Positions 59,725 through 64,000 of a stretch of DNA of 64,000 nucleotides are shown here, piece by piece. The position numbers were made by a program, and so were the translations under genes. Under the pieces are notes generated by a model. That model did no database searches. It had not been told where the DNA came from and saw only the letters and a list, made by a program, of their open reading frames with translations. The first letter of the stretch is position 1; every line of letters begins with the position of its first letter. Origin of the DNA: Isurus oxyrinchus (lineage: Eukaryota). The stretch is from assembly GCA_026770705.1 (NCBI GenBank), contig JANJGN010000052.1, positions 1,922,001 to 1,986,000 of the forward strand, in the 5' to 3' direction.

Positions 59725-59945
59725 TTGGAATCTCTCTTTATAAAGTCACAACATCAACAAAGGACGGTGTTGGTAGTGGAAGTGAATTCCAATCGTTCCG
59801 TTACTTACCCAGGACCTGTCCGACTGCTCGCCTGGGGAGGAACTGCCCACACGCTCTGCTTGGGCTGAATGACCTCTTCCTGTGCTGCTCCCTCTGTGTA
59901 TTTAATGAGAAAGGGTGGATGTGTCACTGTGAGACAAAGTGGGAG
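59725..59945 (-). other. Fifth copy of the first-exon block
   Basis: Donor at 59809; AP-1 and ETS sites mutated. Confidence 0.75.
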
Positions 59946-60027
59946 GTGGTTGCTGTCAAAGTATGAAAGCAAACTGTTAACCCTTGGAGTGCCAAGGCTG
60001 TGTCCGAATGTGACTAACCCTTTTCCC

Positions 60028-61160
60028 ATGTAACAGGCTCGAGGGGCTGAATGGCCTCCTCCTGTTCCTGTGTAATGGGATTGAGGGGGCTGAATGGGCC
60101 CCTCATGTTTATGTGTAACAGGCTCAAGGGGTTGAACGGCCTCCTCCTTTTCTTTTCTTACAAGCTCGAGAGGCTGAATTGGCCTCCTCCTGTTCCTGTG
60201 TCATAGGCTCGATGGGCTGAATGGGCCTCCTCCTGTTCCTGTGTCACAGGCTCGATGGGCTGAATGGGCCTCCTCCTGTTCCTGTGTCACAGGCTCGATG
60301 GGCTGAATGGGCCTCCTCCTGTTCCTGTGTCACAGGCTTGAGGGGGCTGAATGGGCCTCTTCCTGTTCCTGTGTTACAGGCTCACGGGGGCTGAATGGGC
60401 CTCCTCCTGTTACTGTGTAACAGGCTCAAGGGGCTGAATGGGCCTCCTCCTGTTCCTGTGTAACAGGCTCGAAGGGGCTGAGTGGGCCTCCTCCTGTTCC
60501 TGTGTAACAGGCTCGAGGGGGCTGAGTGGGCCTCCTCCTGTTGCTGTGTAACAGGCTCAAGGGGCTGAATGGGCCTCCTCCTGTTCCTGTGTAACAGGCT
60601 CAAAGGGCTGAATGGCCTCCTCCTTTCTTCTGTGTAACAGACTCGAGGCGGCTGAATGGGCCTCCTCCTGTTCCTGTGTAACAGGCTCAAGGGGCTGAAT
60701 GGGCCTCCTCCTTTCTTCTGTGTAACAGACTCGATCGGCTGAATGGGCCTCCTCCTGTTCCTGTGTAACAGGCTCCAGGGGGCTGAATGGCCCTCCTCCT
60801 GTTACTGTGTAACAGGCTCAAGGGGCTGAATGGGCCTCCTCCTGTTCCTGTGTAACAGGCTCGAGGGGCTGAATGGGCCTCCTCCTTTCTTCTGTGTAAC
60901 AGACTCGAGGCGGCTGAATGGGCCTCCTCCTGTTCCTGTGTAACAGGCTCAAGGGGCTGAATGGGCCTCCTCCTGTTGCTGTGTAACAGGCTCCAGGGGC
61001 TGAATGGGCCTCCTCCTGTTCCTGTGTAACAGGCTTGAGGGGCTGAATGGGCCTCCTCCTGTTCCTGTGTAACAGGCTCGAGGAGCTGAATGGGCCTCCT
61101 CCTGTTCCTGTGTAACAGGTTCAAGGGGCTGAATGGGCCTCCTCCTTTCTTCTGTGTAAA
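60028..61160 (+). repeat. 43-44-bp CR1-tail-like minisatellite
   Basis: Same unit as 42370-43605. Confidence 0.92.
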
Positions 61161-62237
61161 TGGCCAGTCCAAAGGATGTGTTTGATGCTGGGGTTAATGG
61201 CCTCCAACACAATCCTGTCCTCACATGATTAACTTAGTTAGTGACTGGTTACTGGTTAATGCAGGAGGATTATTTATTTTCCCAATCTTTTATCCATGTG
61301 TCTGGTTAGGATCTTTTCATCAAACACAGAGCAGAACCAGGATCGAGGATGTTGGTGTCTGAAATCTGTAACACATCGCACCGTCCACCCATTCACTCAG
61401 CCTTCAGGATGGAGGCTAATTGTTCTTTCAAAAACTGAAAGACTGAAATGGTTGTAAGTTGTAGCTTTAGCTCATTCTGTTGTCAAAGCTGTTTCAGCCA
61501 TCCAGGATACAGTGAAAAACGTACATTTGCAAGCAACTTTTCACATCATAGCTCCCTCTGTTCACAATGACATTGGCAACATCAATGTAAACATGTCACG
61601 CTGTAATGACATCCTCCCACCAGTGCTGGCACCGTAGCACACCTGTTTTCCTCTGTGTTGTCGGAAGTCTACCAATTCCCCAATCAAATTGTTTCCCTTT
61701 CCCAGGCTGCGATTAGTCTAATATTAAACAATAACTCATAAAATACACATGTTCTCTGAACATATGTTTGACTGCAAAATGGTGAATAAATTATAGGGAT
61801 TTGCTCTGGTCCAATTATCCACCGATCCTGCATTTCCTGAAGTCTACACTGGCTGATGAATATTCTGTAAACACTGGCAGACAGGAAGGTGAATAACAGA
61901 ATGAAAATTAACTCTTAATCACGGACACGGGATTGAATTTGTCCGTTCTGTCCTGGTACATCATCGAACGATATCAAAAGACATTTACAATCAGATTGGA
62001 GAGAAGGATGTTTCCAACAGGGAGGGACAATTCTGAAGGAGGATGTTCAAATTGAAACCCACAGACAATCATCCTGGATAGATCATTCCAAAGAAATTCC
62101 ATCAGATTGTAACAAGAGGTTTAAATCTATTTCCTGGGAGTGAGTTCCTGTGGATATTAGGAAGGTAAATTGGAGTTTTGAATGATTCTCCCGTTCTGTA
62201 TTCTCCCCACACTGTGTGTGTCTCATTCTTGCTCAGT

Positions 62238-62354
62238 TTATAAATTCCCATAAACAGAATCCTTGGCAAAAGTACAGTTTGCGTAAAGATCATCATCTGT
62301 ATCAGGATTGACTCCGCGGTTAGATTTCATTTCCAGAACCTTTTCATCTTTCTT
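62238..62354 (-). CDS. Terminal cytoplasmic exon of a probable gene D upstream of the window
   Basis: KKDEKVLEMKSNRGVNPDTDDDLYANCTFAKDSVYGNL*; paralogous to 44937-45053 with shared 3' UTR. Confidence 0.75.
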   Translation of the reverse strand, partial: KKDEKVLEMKSNRGVNPDTDDDLYANCTFAKDSVYGNL

Positions 62355-62463
62355 CTGTAATAGAAACAGAAATGATCAGAGTGACATTCAGAGTGATCAG
62401 TGTTTAGTATTATTGATCCAAATCGAAAATTCCACCCACAATACATACATTAATTATTGATAC

Positions 62464-63810
62464 TGTTGGATGCTGGTCACGAGTTTGTTGGGACTTATGG
62501 ATCCAGGCTTGTTTTGGAGAGGCTGAGTAGGTACAATAGACAGAGTAGATCAGCAGACAGTTCTTAGATGAAACACATTCTGCTTATTTACAAAGGAACT
62601 CAGCAGCTACACTTGTGTGCTTTCAACTCAAACCCTGTCTCCGCATTACAGGCACTAACCAAAGGTGACCGACTACTGAGGTACCTGCTCCACTCGGCTG
62701 TTGGACACTGATATAAGAGTTAAACAGGGACTTCTATTAGTGAAAACCAAAGGTCAGCAGAATTCTCCAGGTGAATCTTGTGCACCATGGGGCTGACATC
62801 AGCAGAACTCTCCAGAAAGGCCTTGAAGATCACGAGGGATTAACTCGAGAACAGACATAAAGAGATTCTGAGGGTAAACAGATAAGGTAAAGGCAAACAG
62901 CACCAGGCTAGAACGAGATAAACAGTTCTTGCTTGGGTAAGGAGCAGATATGTACCTGGGACTGGGAACATCTGCTTATTATGTGATTATGTACTGACAA
63001 GATTTGAATTTAAATAACCCAATGTGTACGTGACTAACTCTGTGAACAAAAAAGATGGTTTCCCTGTAATGGGTAGAGTTCTGTTTTTAGCCAGGCCTGA
63101 GGTTGATTCTGAGAACACACCACAACACTGAGCTCATGTTATCTTCCATTGTAACCTTCTTCTTAAAGGTACATCACACATCAGATTACCACCACCCTCC
63201 CCCTTTACTCAGAAACACATTTTACACTTACTTTTACCATTTTCTCAAAGTATCAGATGATTTACACAGATCAGTAATTTACAAATTCAGTCTTTCTGGG
63301 GGGTTTCCTTATGCGTCTGGAACGTCTCAGATCCACAGCTTCAGATGCTTTGTCAGGAGTCTCCTTTTCTGATGTTGTCCCAACACCAGCTTCTTCGGTG
63401 GACACCTGCAAACCTGTTTCCTCAACTCTTGCAGGTACAACGGACCCTTCAGACACATCTGTTCTCAGCTGAGTTCTTTCAACAGGAGACATAGACGCAG
63501 CCGTGAAGACTGGTGGGATTGTTTCTTGGTACTTTGTTTCTCTCCTCCTTATATGACCCACATGTCTCCATATGACTCGGTCTTCCACTTTCACATGGTG
63601 AGAAAGAGTTCCAATCGCTGCATTTATTTCACCCGGTGACCACTTTGGCCGTTCTCTAAAATCCTTCACATATACCGTCTCTCCTACGGTCAGCTTCCTG
63701 TCATGACTATGCCAGTCATGTCCAGTTTCCTGTCTTCCTGGACTCCTTTCCACCTTCCCGCTGACATTTAGCATGACTGATGTTGCAAATGTGACGTGAG
63801 AAAAAACTTT
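62464..63810 (-). mobile_element. Gypsy-type element 3' end (integrase C-terminus, polypurine tract, LTR)
   Basis: LTVGETVYVKDF..KWSPG..LRRSRRIRKPP; PPT AAAGGGGAGGG at about 63200; LTR ends ..CAACA at 62464. Confidence 0.75.
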
Positions 63811-63824
63811 ATCACACAACTAAG

Positions 63825-64000
63825 TTTTGGGCCTGGAATGCACGGCCTGGAAGTGTTGTGGAGGCAGGTTCAATCGAGGCATTCAGGAGGGCATTAGATG
63901 GTTATTTGGATAGAGAAAAGGTGCAGGGGCATGGGGAAAGGCAGGGCAATGACACTAGGTCATGATGCTCATTTGGAGAGCTGGGATAGACACGATGGGC
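63825..64000 (+). mobile_element. CR1 LINE 3' end
   Basis: cctggaatgcac..gtggaggcaggttca..gacacgatgggc. Confidence 0.7.

Noticed and set aside
57351-59743. Long ORFs (547, 562, 364 aa) and a CRISPR-like regular appearance
   Set aside because: Head-to-tail 33-bp units (a multiple of 3) with no unique spacers and no cas genes, in a eukaryotic context.

Overview
Vertebrate genomic DNA, most likely from a cartilaginous fish (shark-type Deu-domain SINE, CR1, L2 and Penelope repeats). It holds a tandem cluster of Siglec-family (sialic acid-binding Ig-like lectin) genes on the minus strand, reconstructed by hand from GT-AG exons and phases. Gene A (about 34.4 kb to 7.8 kb) looks intact: leader, V (no essential Arg), V (Arg present), five C2 domains, neutral TM, then two tandem copies of the cytoplasmic module, one ending ITSM-only and one ending ITIM+ITSM. 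Gene B (42.2 kb to about 36 kb) is a pseudogenised activating-type paralogue: V-C2-C2 plus a TM containing Arg and a short tail. Gene C (57.1 kb to about 44 kb) is V-C2-C2 with a 1-nt deletion predicting a soluble receptor, followed by a third tail type (DLYANC-x7-YGNL). The last exon of a probable fourth gene is at 62.2 kb. Ectodomain frameworks are nearly identical while the V-set BC/CC' region is hypervariable and mosaic. Together this suggests a modular paired-receptor Siglec system. The rest is LINE, LTR and Penelope debris (including minimal hammerhead motifs) and retroposon-derived minisatellites. All gene models are predictions without transcript support.
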